NCBI GenBank assembly: GCA_930990515.1
Contig: CAKNPS010000001.1
Location: 295,280-359,279 of the forward strand
DNA: 64,000 nt
From: an uncultured Clostridia bacterium
Lineage (GTDB): Bacteria; Bacillota; Clostridia; Christensenellales; UBA1242
Direction of reading: 5' to 3'
Shown here in pieces: positions 20,287-27,989 of this stretch (position 1 is its first letter; each line of letters opens with the position of its first letter). A program made the position numbers and the translations under genes. The notes beneath the pieces were generated by a model, which saw nothing but the letters and a program-made list of their open reading frames with translations, had not been told where the DNA came from and searched no databases.

Positions 20287-20820
20287 TTAATTTTTCTTTT
20301 CCAAAAATGTCAAAGTTATATTTCCATATTTCTTTTCATCATAAACTTGAAAAGGCGAATAATCAAAAGTATCGTTTGAAGCGTGCTCACAAACAATCAC
20401 CCCATCATCATTCAAAAGATTTTTTTCATAAATTTTAGGTAAAACTTTTTCATACAAACCACTTTTATATGGCGGGTCAAGTAAAATCAAATCATAATTT
20501 TCATTGCACACTTCCACAAATTTTACAGCATCACATTTGACCACTTTGGCATCAATTTTAAGATTTTTCAAATTTTCCTTAGTCATCTGCACACTTCTAA
20601 AATCTTTATCAACAAATAAAACACTTGAAGCCCCACGACTCAGTGCTTCAATACCTAATGCCCCAGTTCCACAAAACAAATCTAAAACTTTTTTATCTGG
20701 AAGAAAAAATTGAAGTTTAGTAAACAAAGCTTGCCTAACTTTATCAGTCGTCGGCCTAATATGGTCGTATTTATTTTCAATAAGTTTTCTTCCTTTAAGA
20801 TTCCCAGAATTTACTCTCAT
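20287..20820 (-). CDS. rsmD: 16S rRNA (guanine966-N2)-methyltransferase RsmD
   Basis: DLFCGTGALGIEALSRGA SAM motif and LDPPY motif. 177 aa. Confidence 0.85.
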   Translation of the reverse strand: MRVNSGNLKGRKLIENKYDHIRPTTDKVRQALFTKLQFFLPDKKVLDLFCGTGALGIEALSRGASSVLFVDKDFRSVQMTKENLKNLKIDAKVVKCDAVKFVEVCNENYDLILLDPPYKSGLYEKVLPKIYEKNLLNDDGVIVCEHASNDTFDYSPFQVYDEKKYGNITLTFLEKKN

Positions 20821-20921
20821 AAGGAAATTATATCAAAAATATTAAAAAATTGCCAATAAAACGGCATTTTTTATAAAATTTTTTGATTTTTTAGCATTAT
20901 ATAAAAATTTGATTAAAAAAT

Positions 20922-21929
20922 TTAAGATTCAACAATCTTTGTTTCTCCCCTTAAAAGAGAAAAATTTGTTAAAATTTCATAAGGAATTGTTTTCATAATT
21001 TTAGACAAATAATTTGCATCATACATAACTTCAACAACATCTCCCACTTTAACACTCTTGTCAACTTTAACAAAAAAACAATCCATACAAATATATCCAA
21101 TGGAAACATATCCAATGCCATTTATGATAACCTTAAATTTATTTGATAATCCTCGCATTAGACCATCACCATAACCTATAGGCACAACCGCAACAAAGCT
21201 TCCAAATTTTTCTTTATACTTTTTCCCATATCCCACAAATTCGCCTTTATGGACATAAGAAATCTTGACAACTTTAGATGTCACTTTCATAACCCTTTTC
21301 ATCATTTTTCCATAACCATAAGCATCAATTCCAAGTCGCAAAATATCATAGTCAAAAGCAAAATTTCTTATTTCACTTCCCCCTAAACATATCGGTGCAT
21401 TTTGAGTAATCATTTTCTTTAAATGCAAAAATTTTTGATATTCACTTTTCGTTTTAATGTGATTATTTGTCGTAGAAAAGTGTGTATAAATAGATTTCAA
21501 TTTAATCTTGTTTTCCATTAAAACATTATTGATGTTTCTTAGCTCAATTTCACTTTTAACACCATACCTATTCATTCCAACATTAATGGCAAGATGTAAT
21601 AAATTTTGACAACCATAAGATATGGCTTTTCTAAGTGAAGGTTCATTATCAACAAAAAATTCAATTTTCTTTGCTTTACAAATTTCATAGTCATCTATCG
21701 GTGCAAAAATAACAATTCGTTTTTTCGTTAATTTTCGAAGATTTATTGCTTCATTTATATTAACAACACCATAACCACAGACATAATTATCTGCAATTTT
21801 AACAATCTCCTTAGCCCCGTGACCATAAGCATTAGATTTTACCATTAAACAAATTTTTTTATTTTTAATTTTTGATAGATTATAAATAAGATTTTGTTTG
21901 TTTATTAATTTAAAATTTGTGTTTCCCAT
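20922..21929 (-). CDS. alr: Alanine racemase
   Basis: PLP-lysine motif VKSNAYGHG. 335 aa (short form). Confidence 0.85.
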   Translation of the reverse strand: MGNTNFKLINKQNLIYNLSKIKNKKICLMVKSNAYGHGAKEIVKIADNYVCGYGVVNINEAINLRKLTKKRIVIFAPIDDYEICKAKKIEFFVDNEPSLRKAISYGCQNLLHLAINVGMNRYGVKSEIELRNINNVLMENKIKLKSIYTHFSTTNNHIKTKSEYQKFLHLKKMITQNAPICLGGSEIRNFAFDYDILRLGIDAYGYGKMMKRVMKVTSKVVKISYVHKGEFVGYGKKYKEKFGSFVAVVPIGYGDGLMRGLSNKFKVIINGIGYVSIGYICMDCFFVKVDKSVKVGDVVEVMYDANYLSKIMKTIPYEILTNFSLLRGETKIVES

Positions 21930-21976
21930 ATATATTTATACAAAAATTTTTACATATTTGTTAAAAATCTGTCTTT

Positions 21977-21993
21977 TGTCGAATTTTGTCGAA
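21977..21993 (+). promoter_or_regulatory. Tandem Spo0A-box-like motifs, 10 bp apart (TGTCGAAttt TGTCGAA)
   Basis: tgtcgaa at 21977-21983 and 21987-21993, in the divergent alr / RHH-gene spacer. Confidence 0.45.
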
Positions 21994-22067
21994 ATATTTA
22001 TGTCAAAATGCCGTCATATTTGTGTTTTTAAAAGACTTTTTTAGTAAAATTTTCATAGGAGGCACAA

Positions 22068-22253
22068 ATGAAAAAGAATTATCCTCGCTATACGCTTAGA
22101 ATTTCAAATAACCTGCATGAGAAAATAACATTCACTGCTAAATACAATGGACGCTCAAAAAATAAGGAAATTGAAGTGGCAGTTAAGAGATATATCCTTG
22201 ACTTTGAACGCTTGCATGGCGAAATTGAAACAAAAAACGACCTAGATTTTTAA
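22068..22253 (+). CDS. Arc/MetJ-type ribbon-helix-helix DNA-binding protein
   Basis: 61 aa behind AGGAGG. YTLRISNNLHEKITFTAKYNGRSKNKEIEVAVKRYI fits the strand-helix-helix RHH pattern. Confidence 0.6.
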   Translation: MKKNYPRYTLRISNNLHEKITFTAKYNGRSKNKEIEVAVKRYILDFERLHGEIETKNDLDF

Positions 22254-22270
22254 TTATTTTGAAAAAACAA

Positions 22271-22299
22271 TTGACTTTTCTTTGTGTGTGTTATATAAT
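22271..22299 (+). promoter_or_regulatory. Near-consensus sigma-A-type promoter (TTGACT-17-TATAAT) driving the tRNA-Lys leader
   Basis: ttgact 22271-22276, tataat 22294-22299. No credible ORF lies downstream before the tRNA. Confidence 0.6.
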
Positions 22300-22428
22300 A
22301 CACATAGTTTTTCATTTGCCCTGCTTAAGTTATTCTTTAAGATTAATTTTGTAAATTTTACTTATTTCAAAATTTTAAACTTAATGCAAAAGGCAAATCA
22401 AAAATTTAATAAACTTAATATTAAATTT

Positions 22429-22549
22429 CGGTTACTAGCTCAGTTGGGGCGACGCGTAAAGAAAATAAGCCCGTGTGCTTATTTTTAGCTAAAGCCAAAT
22501 CAAATTTGTTTTGATTTCGGAAGAGCCTCTAACAACTGAGCAAATAGAA
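22429..22549 (+). pseudogene. Degenerate tRNA-Lys-like copy interrupted by hairpins
   Basis: 22421-22447 (ttaaatttcggttactagctcagttgg) matches 22561-22587, the flank plus acceptor and D-arm of tRNA-Lys, at 25/27 positions. The remainder is replaced by hairpins (aaaataagc-ccgtgt-gcttatttt, aaatcaaa-tttgt-tttgattt) and no cloverleaf can be drawn. Confidence 0.4.
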
Positions 22550-22568
22550 AAACTAAGCATTTAAATTT

Positions 22569-22644
22569 GGGTTGCTAGCTCAGTTGGTAGAGCATTCGAC
22601 TCTTAATCGAAGGGTCCGGGGTTCGAGCCCCCGGCAACCCACCA
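22569..22644 (+). tRNA. tRNA-Lys (anticodon CUU), CCA encoded
   Basis: Cloverleaf drawn by hand: GGGTTGC acceptor, GCTC/GAGC D-stem, TTCGA/TCGAA anticodon stem with loop CTCTTAA, CGGGG/CCCCG T-stem with TTCGAGC loop, then A-CCA. Confidence 0.95.
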
Positions 22645-22661
22645 AATGTTAAAACAAAAAC

Positions 22662-22686
22662 GTGTCTATTTTAGACACATTTTTTA
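22662..22686 (+). terminator. Terminator after tRNA-Lys
   Basis: gtgtct-atttt-agacac followed by attttttatttt. Confidence 0.75.
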
Positions 22687-22982
22687 TTTTAAGTAATCAT
22701 TGAATAGGCTTATAATATTCGCTTGTTGGAATATCCATAACATAGCTAAGAGATTCAATGTTCCCAAGCTCAGTTGACATTGGTTTATTTAAACGATATG
22801 TTGTTCATCTTACATTTTTCTCAGTAATTGCCTAATTTTATAGCTTCGTCATTTAAAGATATTCTATTTTTTCGCTTCTTGGGAAAATATTAACATAATC
22901 CATATATTTTATTTCCGAAAAAATCTAATATCATTTTTGCACTCAACAATTTTATAAATGATAGTCTTTAAATGTGTATCCA

Positions 22983-23510
22983 TTACAACTCCTTTTCCAA
23001 ATAAACCAATTTCTCGCTTTTGCCAAATTTATTCATTCCGTCAATATTTTCTTTTTTTATAACAAAACCATTGTTTATATCTGCTTTTATTGCACTTTTT
23101 CTTGACGCAGGAAGCTTGTGATATAATTTTTTGACGCCATTCATTTTCAATTTCTCACAAAGTAATTTAATCGCAGGAGTCGCATATCCTTTTCCTCTAT
23201 GCTCGCCCTTTATAACAATTCCAATTTCATAAAAATTTTTTTCTTTGTCAAATTTTGCATAGATTTCGCCAATAAATGTGTTATCATTTTTTATATAGTA
23301 ATAATAATTTATTGGCTCATTTCCAATCCACTTCTTCGCCCAAACATTTTTTAATTCACTCAAATCTGTTTGAATTGTTCCGTCTATGCGATTATAACCA
23401 GCAAAGTTTAAATCATAGCCCGCATTATAGTCCATTGTGGCAGGATCTTCTTTCATCTCTTTTTTAAACCACAAATCTTCTTTGTGTGGCACAACCAATT
23501 TCAAATTCAT
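22983..23510 (-). CDS. GNAT-family N-acetyltransferase
   Basis: 175 aa. Acetyl-CoA binding motif region (IVIKGEHRGKGYATPAIKLLCEKL). Confidence 0.85.
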   Translation of the reverse strand: MNLKLVVPHKEDLWFKKEMKEDPATMDYNAGYDLNFAGYNRIDGTIQTDLSELKNVWAKKWIGNEPINYYYYIKNDNTFIGEIYAKFDKEKNFYEIGIVIKGEHRGKGYATPAIKLLCEKLKMNGVKKLYHKLPASRKSAIKADINNGFVIKKENIDGMNKFGKSEKLVYLEKEL

Positions 23511-23682
23511 ATACTCTCCAATTCACAAATTTATAATCTTCTCCAATTCTCACCAAAAAGGACATTCATAATGTTTTCGTTTTTGTCATAGCAACAAATA
23601 AGTTATATAATTTGATTTTAATTAAATAATTTTTATAATTTTGAAATATTTTGTAAAATATTGCAGATTAGTTAATTTTAAA

Positions 23683-24150
23683 TTAATCAAATTTGATTCC
23701 GCCAACTGTAAATTCATAAACTTTGTTTAGCATTTCTTCTCGAGAAATTTCTGCAATGGAAATTCCTTTTCCATCAAACTCACCTTCAAGTCCAAAATTT
23801 TTGTTATCAGCATACGAAACAAATTCGGTCAAGAAAATTTCTGAAACATAATCAATGTCAAATTCTTTTCCTTGATATCTCCAAGTGCGAACATAGTTGC
23901 TAAAGCCTAGGCTTTTCTTTATTTCTACATTGATATTTAATTCTTCCAATAATTCTCTTTTTATAGCCTGAACATTAGTCTCTCCATCATCAACGCCACC
24001 GCCAGAAAGAGAATATTCATATCTTCCCTTACTATTCTTTAAAACGACAAATTTATCTCCCTTTTGAACAACTGCATAAACCTTTTTAAAAGGTTCGCCT
24101 TTTATGTATTTTTCATAGGCAATTTTAGCCTTACTTTCATAATAATCCAT
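23683..24150 (-). CDS. NUDIX hydrolase
   Basis: Nudix box GGGVDDGETNVQAIKRELLEELN. Confidence 0.85.
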   Translation of the reverse strand: MDYYESKAKIAYEKYIKGEPFKKVYAVVQKGDKFVVLKNSKGRYEYSLSGGGVDDGETNVQAIKRELLEELNINVEIKKSLGFSNYVRTWRYQGKEFDIDYVSEIFLTEFVSYADNKNFGLEGEFDGKGISIAEISREEMLNKVYEFTVGGIKFD

Positions 24151-24215
24151 ATTTTCCTCCTAAATATAGGATAACAAATTTTTAATTAAAATGCAAATCT
24201 ATAGCATAAAATAAA

Positions 24216-24247
24216 AATCACTAGTTTTTTGGACTAGTGATTTTTTT
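24216..24247. terminator. Terminator downstream of hsp20
   Basis: aatcactagt-tttttgg-actagtgatt 10-bp stem flanked by A and T runs. Confidence 0.8.
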
Positions 24248-24257
24248 AATCATTTAA

Positions 24258-24710
24258 CTATTTAATTTCAATGCGGTTTGATTTTGGTGTAGATTTTTCT
24301 TCTTTTGGAAGAAGAATTGTCAAAATTCCGTTTTCAAGTTTAGCATCAATATCTTCTTGTTGAATGTCCCCTACATAGAAAGAACGGCTAAATTGACCAA
24401 AACTTCTTTCTTTTCTGATAAAGTTGCCCTTTTTGTCTTGTCCTTCTTCCATTTTATGTTCTCTTTTTGCAGAAATTGTAAGATAGCCATTTTCAAGTTG
24501 TAAGTTTACATCTTTCTTGTCAAATCCTGGCAAATCAACTTCGAGAACATAGTTTTTGTCAGTTTCTTTAATATCTGTTTTCATAACAGAATTAAATTCT
24601 TTCATCTCCCTTCTTGAAAACATTGGCATAAAGTCATCGAACCAGCCATCAAAGAATCCTAAAGGTTCTCTCTCATTTCTTGAAATTAAATCAAATTTAT
24701 CATGTTTCAT
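24258..24710 (-). CDS. Small heat-shock protein, Hsp20/alpha-crystallin family
   Basis: 150 aa. Alpha-crystallin domain (YVLEVDLPGFDKKDV..GYLTISAKRE..GILTILLPK). Confidence 0.9.
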   Translation of the reverse strand: MKHDKFDLISRNEREPLGFFDGWFDDFMPMFSRREMKEFNSVMKTDIKETDKNYVLEVDLPGFDKKDVNLQLENGYLTISAKREHKMEEGQDKKGNFIRKERSFGQFSRSFYVGDIQQEDIDAKLENGILTILLPKEEKSTPKSNRIEIK

Positions 24711-24751
24711 AATTATTACCTCCTGTATTAGTTTTTCCTAATACATTAGTA

Positions 24752-24795
24752 ATTATACAGCCACTTTGCTAGCAATGTCAAGTAAAGAGTGCTAA
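24752..24795 (-). promoter_or_regulatory. hsp20 promoter (TTGACA-18-TATAAT) overlapped by a CIRCE-like inverted repeat
   Basis: Minus sense reads TTAGCACTC-TTTACTTGA-CATTGCTAG. The left arm matches the CIRCE half-site 9/9 and the right arm matches GAGTGCTAA 6/9. TTGACA is at 24781-24776 and TATAAT at 24757-24752. Confidence 0.5.
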
Positions 24796-24890
24796 TTTTT
24801 CAAAAATTTTTTAAATTTTTCTTTAGAATATAAAACTATTCTTTCTAGTTATTTTAAAACATAAAAAAGATAATGTCAAAATTATCTCCT

Positions 24891-25688
24891 TTAACTTACT
24901 TTTGTAAGTTTTCTTTTTTGTTTCCAAGAGTGATAAACACTTTCTGTTTTATAATCTTTATCTTTTAAATACAAAAGTTTTTGTATTAAATAAATCAAAT
25001 ACATTAATACTAAGAAAATTAAAATTATAAAGATCGTATAAGCCCAATTTATTGTAAACCAGCCATATTTTGCTCGCTCTCCAATATACAAAAATTCAAA
25101 AGGAACACCATCAGAATTATAAATATAGAAATAATTTATTGAATATCCTAAAACATCATTAAAATAAGAATTCAAAATGATTGCTGGAATCAATAATAAT
25201 ACAAGAACACCAAGTCCCAAAAGAAATGACTTAAAATCAATGCGAACAATTTTTAATAGCACTGCATACAATGCTCCAACGACAATAAAAATGTGTCCCC
25301 AAATATATGCTTGAGCACGAATACATGCCATAGTTGTATAGTTCTCCAAACTATCTGCAAACACAAGCGATGCGTATGCTGCAAGTAAATTTAAAGTCCA
25401 CGAAATTGATGTGGCGATTTTACTCCTAAAGACAAGTGCGATAAAAACCATAATATTTCCAAAATGGCACACTTGAAGCGGAATAATTTCTGGGTCAAAA
25501 CCATTTGTAACGAAAATATCAATATTTCGCATTATTAGTATTCCAAGTGATATACAACCTATTACCACACCGACAATATATCTTGTCTTATAACTTGTTT
25601 TCCTTAGCGCAAAGTATAAAATTAAAATGGCAACTATTGGTGCTAACATTAAAACAAAATGCCATACTGACCACATTTCAAATTTCAT
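24891..25688 (-). CDS. Polytopic membrane protein, YwaF/TIGR02206-like
   Basis: Start at ATG 25688 behind AGGAG. About 8 TM spans with the IPLQVCH motif recalled from the YwaF family. Confidence 0.5.
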   Translation of the reverse strand: MKFEMWSVWHFVLMLAPIVAILILYFALRKTSYKTRYIVGVVIGCISLGILIMRNIDIFVTNGFDPEIIPLQVCHFGNIMVFIALVFRSKIATSISWTLNLLAAYASLVFADSLENYTTMACIRAQAYIWGHIFIVVGALYAVLLKIVRIDFKSFLLGLGVLVLLLIPAIILNSYFNDVLGYSINYFYIYNSDGVPFEFLYIGERAKYGWFTINWAYTIFIILIFLVLMYLIYLIQKLLYLKDKDYKTESVYHSWKQKRKLTKVS

Positions 25689-25728
25689 TTTTTTCTCCTT
25701 AGATATTTTATAATCCAATTTTTAATTA

Positions 25729-26322
25729 TTATTTTGTCCTTGTATCACGTTCAAAGGAAACAAAAGAGTCTTTACTCTTCTTTTCTCCAGAGAGAATGTT
25801 ATGTAAATATTTCGATTCTTCAATTTGATGTTTAATTAAATCTGAAAATTTCTGCCATTCTTCTTCTGTTGGAACCAAGTCTTTGAAGCAAAAAATAAAA
25901 TCAAAATTTTCACAGCCGTGATTTAAAATTTTTTGCAAAGTGATTCCTCCCTTTTTGCAACCAGCAATCACAACGCCATATCTCAAACCTTTATGTAATT
26001 TCTTATGCTCACCTGCTTTTTGATTGTAAGTAATCATATCGTGAGTGGTCATCATTCCAAGTTTTGATTCACAAACAACAAGTGGAACAAATTCATTTTC
26101 GCCAACTTTTTCGCTAAGCAACAAATCTGTTTCATAACTCCCTTTCCCACGAGAATTTTGAGATGATAAATTTGCCACATATTTACCATCTATTTTTTGA
26201 TATGAATTAATATTCACACTATATAGAAGTGGTTGTCCACATTCAATAACAATTTCATTAGGCAATTCTGCTCTTAAACTAGGACACAAAAGTTCTCTTG
26301 TCCATTTGTCTTCTTCTCTCAT
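25729..26322 (-). CDS. Hypothetical protein with a PD-(D/E)xK nuclease-like motif
   Basis: 197 aa. SYETDLLL..(17 aa)..PLVVCESK gives a D..ExK arrangement on predicted strands. No partner methylase or other defence gene is nearby. The functional call is inference only. Confidence 0.35.
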   Translation of the reverse strand: MREEDKWTRELLCPSLRAELPNEIVIECGQPLLYSVNINSYQKIDGKYVANLSSQNSRGKGSYETDLLLSEKVGENEFVPLVVCESKLGMMTTHDMITYNQKAGEHKKLHKGLRYGVVIAGCKKGGITLQKILNHGCENFDFIFCFKDLVPTEEEWQKFSDLIKHQIEESKYLHNILSGEKKSKDSFVSFERDTRTK

Positions 26323-26425
26323 ATTGTGCTACCTTTTTATTTTTTATTTACTTAAATAAAATTTAATTTTAAAAGTTATTTTAAAAACAAATTTTATCAA
26401 TTTTGATCAAATTTTATAAAAATAT

Positions 26426-27421
26426 TTATCTATCTGTTCCAATTGCTTTACGAACACGAGCAAGGACTTCTTTTGCCACCTTTTCCGCTTTCAAAGCCCC
26501 TTCTTTCAAGATTTTGTCCACTTCTTCTTTGTGTTCCATATAATAATCAAATTTTTCACGCATTGGAGAAATAAAGCGATTGGCGACTTCAAAAAGTTGT
26601 TTTTTTGCATCTCCCCAGCCAAGCCCGTTTAATAAGTCTTGTTCAAATTTATCCGCTTCTTCTTTTGTGGCGAAAAGTTTGAAAAGTTTGTTAACAGTAC
26701 AGTCAGCATCTTTTGGCTCTCCTGGCAAGCGACTATCAGTCACCACTCTGAAAATTGATTTTTTAAGAGTTGCTTCATCAGTAAAGAGTCTTATTGTGTT
26801 GTTATAACTTTTACTCATTTTTCTGCCGTCAAGTCCCACTAATGTGTGATTGTTTTTGTCAATATAATCACAAGGTTCTTTCAAGCATTTACCATATTTC
26901 CCATTAAAATTGTGAGCAATGTCTCTTGCAATTTCAATATGTTGTTTTTGGTCAAGTCCTACAGGGACAAGGTCAGTGTCAAACAAAAGAATGTCAGCAG
27001 CCATAAGAATTGGATAGTTATAAAGTCCCATATTCACACCATCATCTCTATCAATCCCTTGTTCTTCATTTCTTTCAACAATAGCCTTATATGCGTGTGC
27101 CCTATTCATTAATCCTTTAGGTGTCACATTGCACAAAATCCAATTAAGTTCAAAATCTTCCTTAATGTCACTTTGGCGATAGAAAACCACTTTTTTAGGG
27201 TCAAGTCCACAAGCAAGCCATGTGCAAGCAATATTATAAAAATATTCTTTCATTTCTTCCTTATTGTTCAAGGTTGTTAAAGCGTGATAGTCGGCGATAA
27301 AATAATAGCAATCATAATCAGGATTTTTGCTTAGTTCAATCGCTGGCTTAATTGCTCCAAAATAATTCCCAATATGTGCATAACCTGTAGGTTTAATTCC
27401 TGTCAAAATTCTTTTTCTCAT
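26426..27421 (-). CDS. trpS: Tryptophan--tRNA ligase
   Basis: Class I HIGH-type motif (GYAHIGNYFG) and KMSKS. 331 aa. Confidence 0.95.
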   Translation of the reverse strand: MRKRILTGIKPTGYAHIGNYFGAIKPAIELSKNPDYDCYYFIADYHALTTLNNKEEMKEYFYNIACTWLACGLDPKKVVFYRQSDIKEDFELNWILCNVTPKGLMNRAHAYKAIVERNEEQGIDRDDGVNMGLYNYPILMAADILLFDTDLVPVGLDQKQHIEIARDIAHNFNGKYGKCLKEPCDYIDKNNHTLVGLDGRKMSKSYNNTIRLFTDEATLKKSIFRVVTDSRLPGEPKDADCTVNKLFKLFATKEEADKFEQDLLNGLGWGDAKKQLFEVANRFISPMREKFDYYMEHKEEVDKILKEGALKAEKVAKEVLARVRKAIGTDR

Positions 27422-27446
27422 AATTTAATCCCCTTAAATTAGGAAA

Positions 27447-27476
27447 ATTTTATCACTATTAGAAAAAGAATGTCAA
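27447..27476 (-). promoter_or_regulatory. Putative trpS promoter (TTGACA-N-TGATAAAAT) giving a very short leader
   Basis: tgtcaa (plus strand) at 27471-27476, extended -10 at 27447-27455, AAGGGGA SD before ATG 27421. Confidence 0.45.
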
Positions 27477-27516
27477 GAAAAAATTGACAGAAATAATTTA
27501 TAGAAAATAAATATAT

Positions 27517-27690
27517 TTATTTCATTGAGTCCATTAGGTTAAAAATTAAATCTTGACTTTCCTTTGATAACTTTCTAAATTTTGTTACCAACTTTTTCTC
27601 TTCACCATAATTTTGATAGTTATCTGAGAGAAATTCTTCATTTGAAACTCCAAAAATTGTGATACATTCAAGAAGTTTATCCATTGGCAT
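27517..27690 (-). CDS. Small ORF (57 aa), possibly the C-terminal remnant of an XRE-type regulator
   Basis: Not in the ORF track. MPMDKLLECITIFGVSNEEFLSDNYQNYGEEKKLVTKFRKLSKESQDLIFNLMDSMK. No SD seen. Speculative. Confidence 0.25.
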   Translation of the reverse strand: MPMDKLLECITIFGVSNEEFLSDNYQNYGEEKKLVTKFRKLSKESQDLIFNLMDSMK

Positions 27691-27989
27691 ATTCAACTTG
27701 CAAGGATAATTTTAAATATTTCTATTTTATCGAAAACAACAATATCAATAAAACAGCCAGTGAATTTTTAAGAAAACTTGCACCAGACATCAAATGTTAC
27801 AACGCTCATTATTATAAAATTCCATGCTGGGAAAAAGCTTCTTTCAGTTTAAATTTACCAATTTCATCAAAAACAAAAGACGAAAAAATTTTATGGGGAA
27901 TAAAAAGTTCAGACATAATTATTTCAAACATAAAAAATTTGCCTAATTCATTAAAAAAGGCAAATTTAGTTTCAATTTATTAATTTCTA

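Noticed and set aside
22282-22488. 68-aa plus-strand ORF from the track
   Set aside because: It has a non-ATG start and no SD, runs through the tRNA-like fragment and a terminator-like hairpin, and has improbable composition. I treat it as non-coding leader.
22691-22982. Possible integrase or mobile-element scar next to tRNA-Lys
   Set aside because: All six frames are broken by frequent stops. The only feature is a 24-codon ORF overlapping the GNAT stop (TAATG). No repeat of the tRNA 3' end (att-like site) was found.
27422-27690. T-box leader upstream of trpS
   Set aside because: There is no GGTGGTACCGCG-like T-box sequence on the minus strand. A good promoter lies only about 30-50 nt before the ATG, leaving no room for a 200-300-nt leader.
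27684-27983. 99-aa plus-strand ORF
   Set aside because: It has no SD and contains the bidirectional terminator of the M1 peptidase gene within its 3' part. Its composition looks non-coding.
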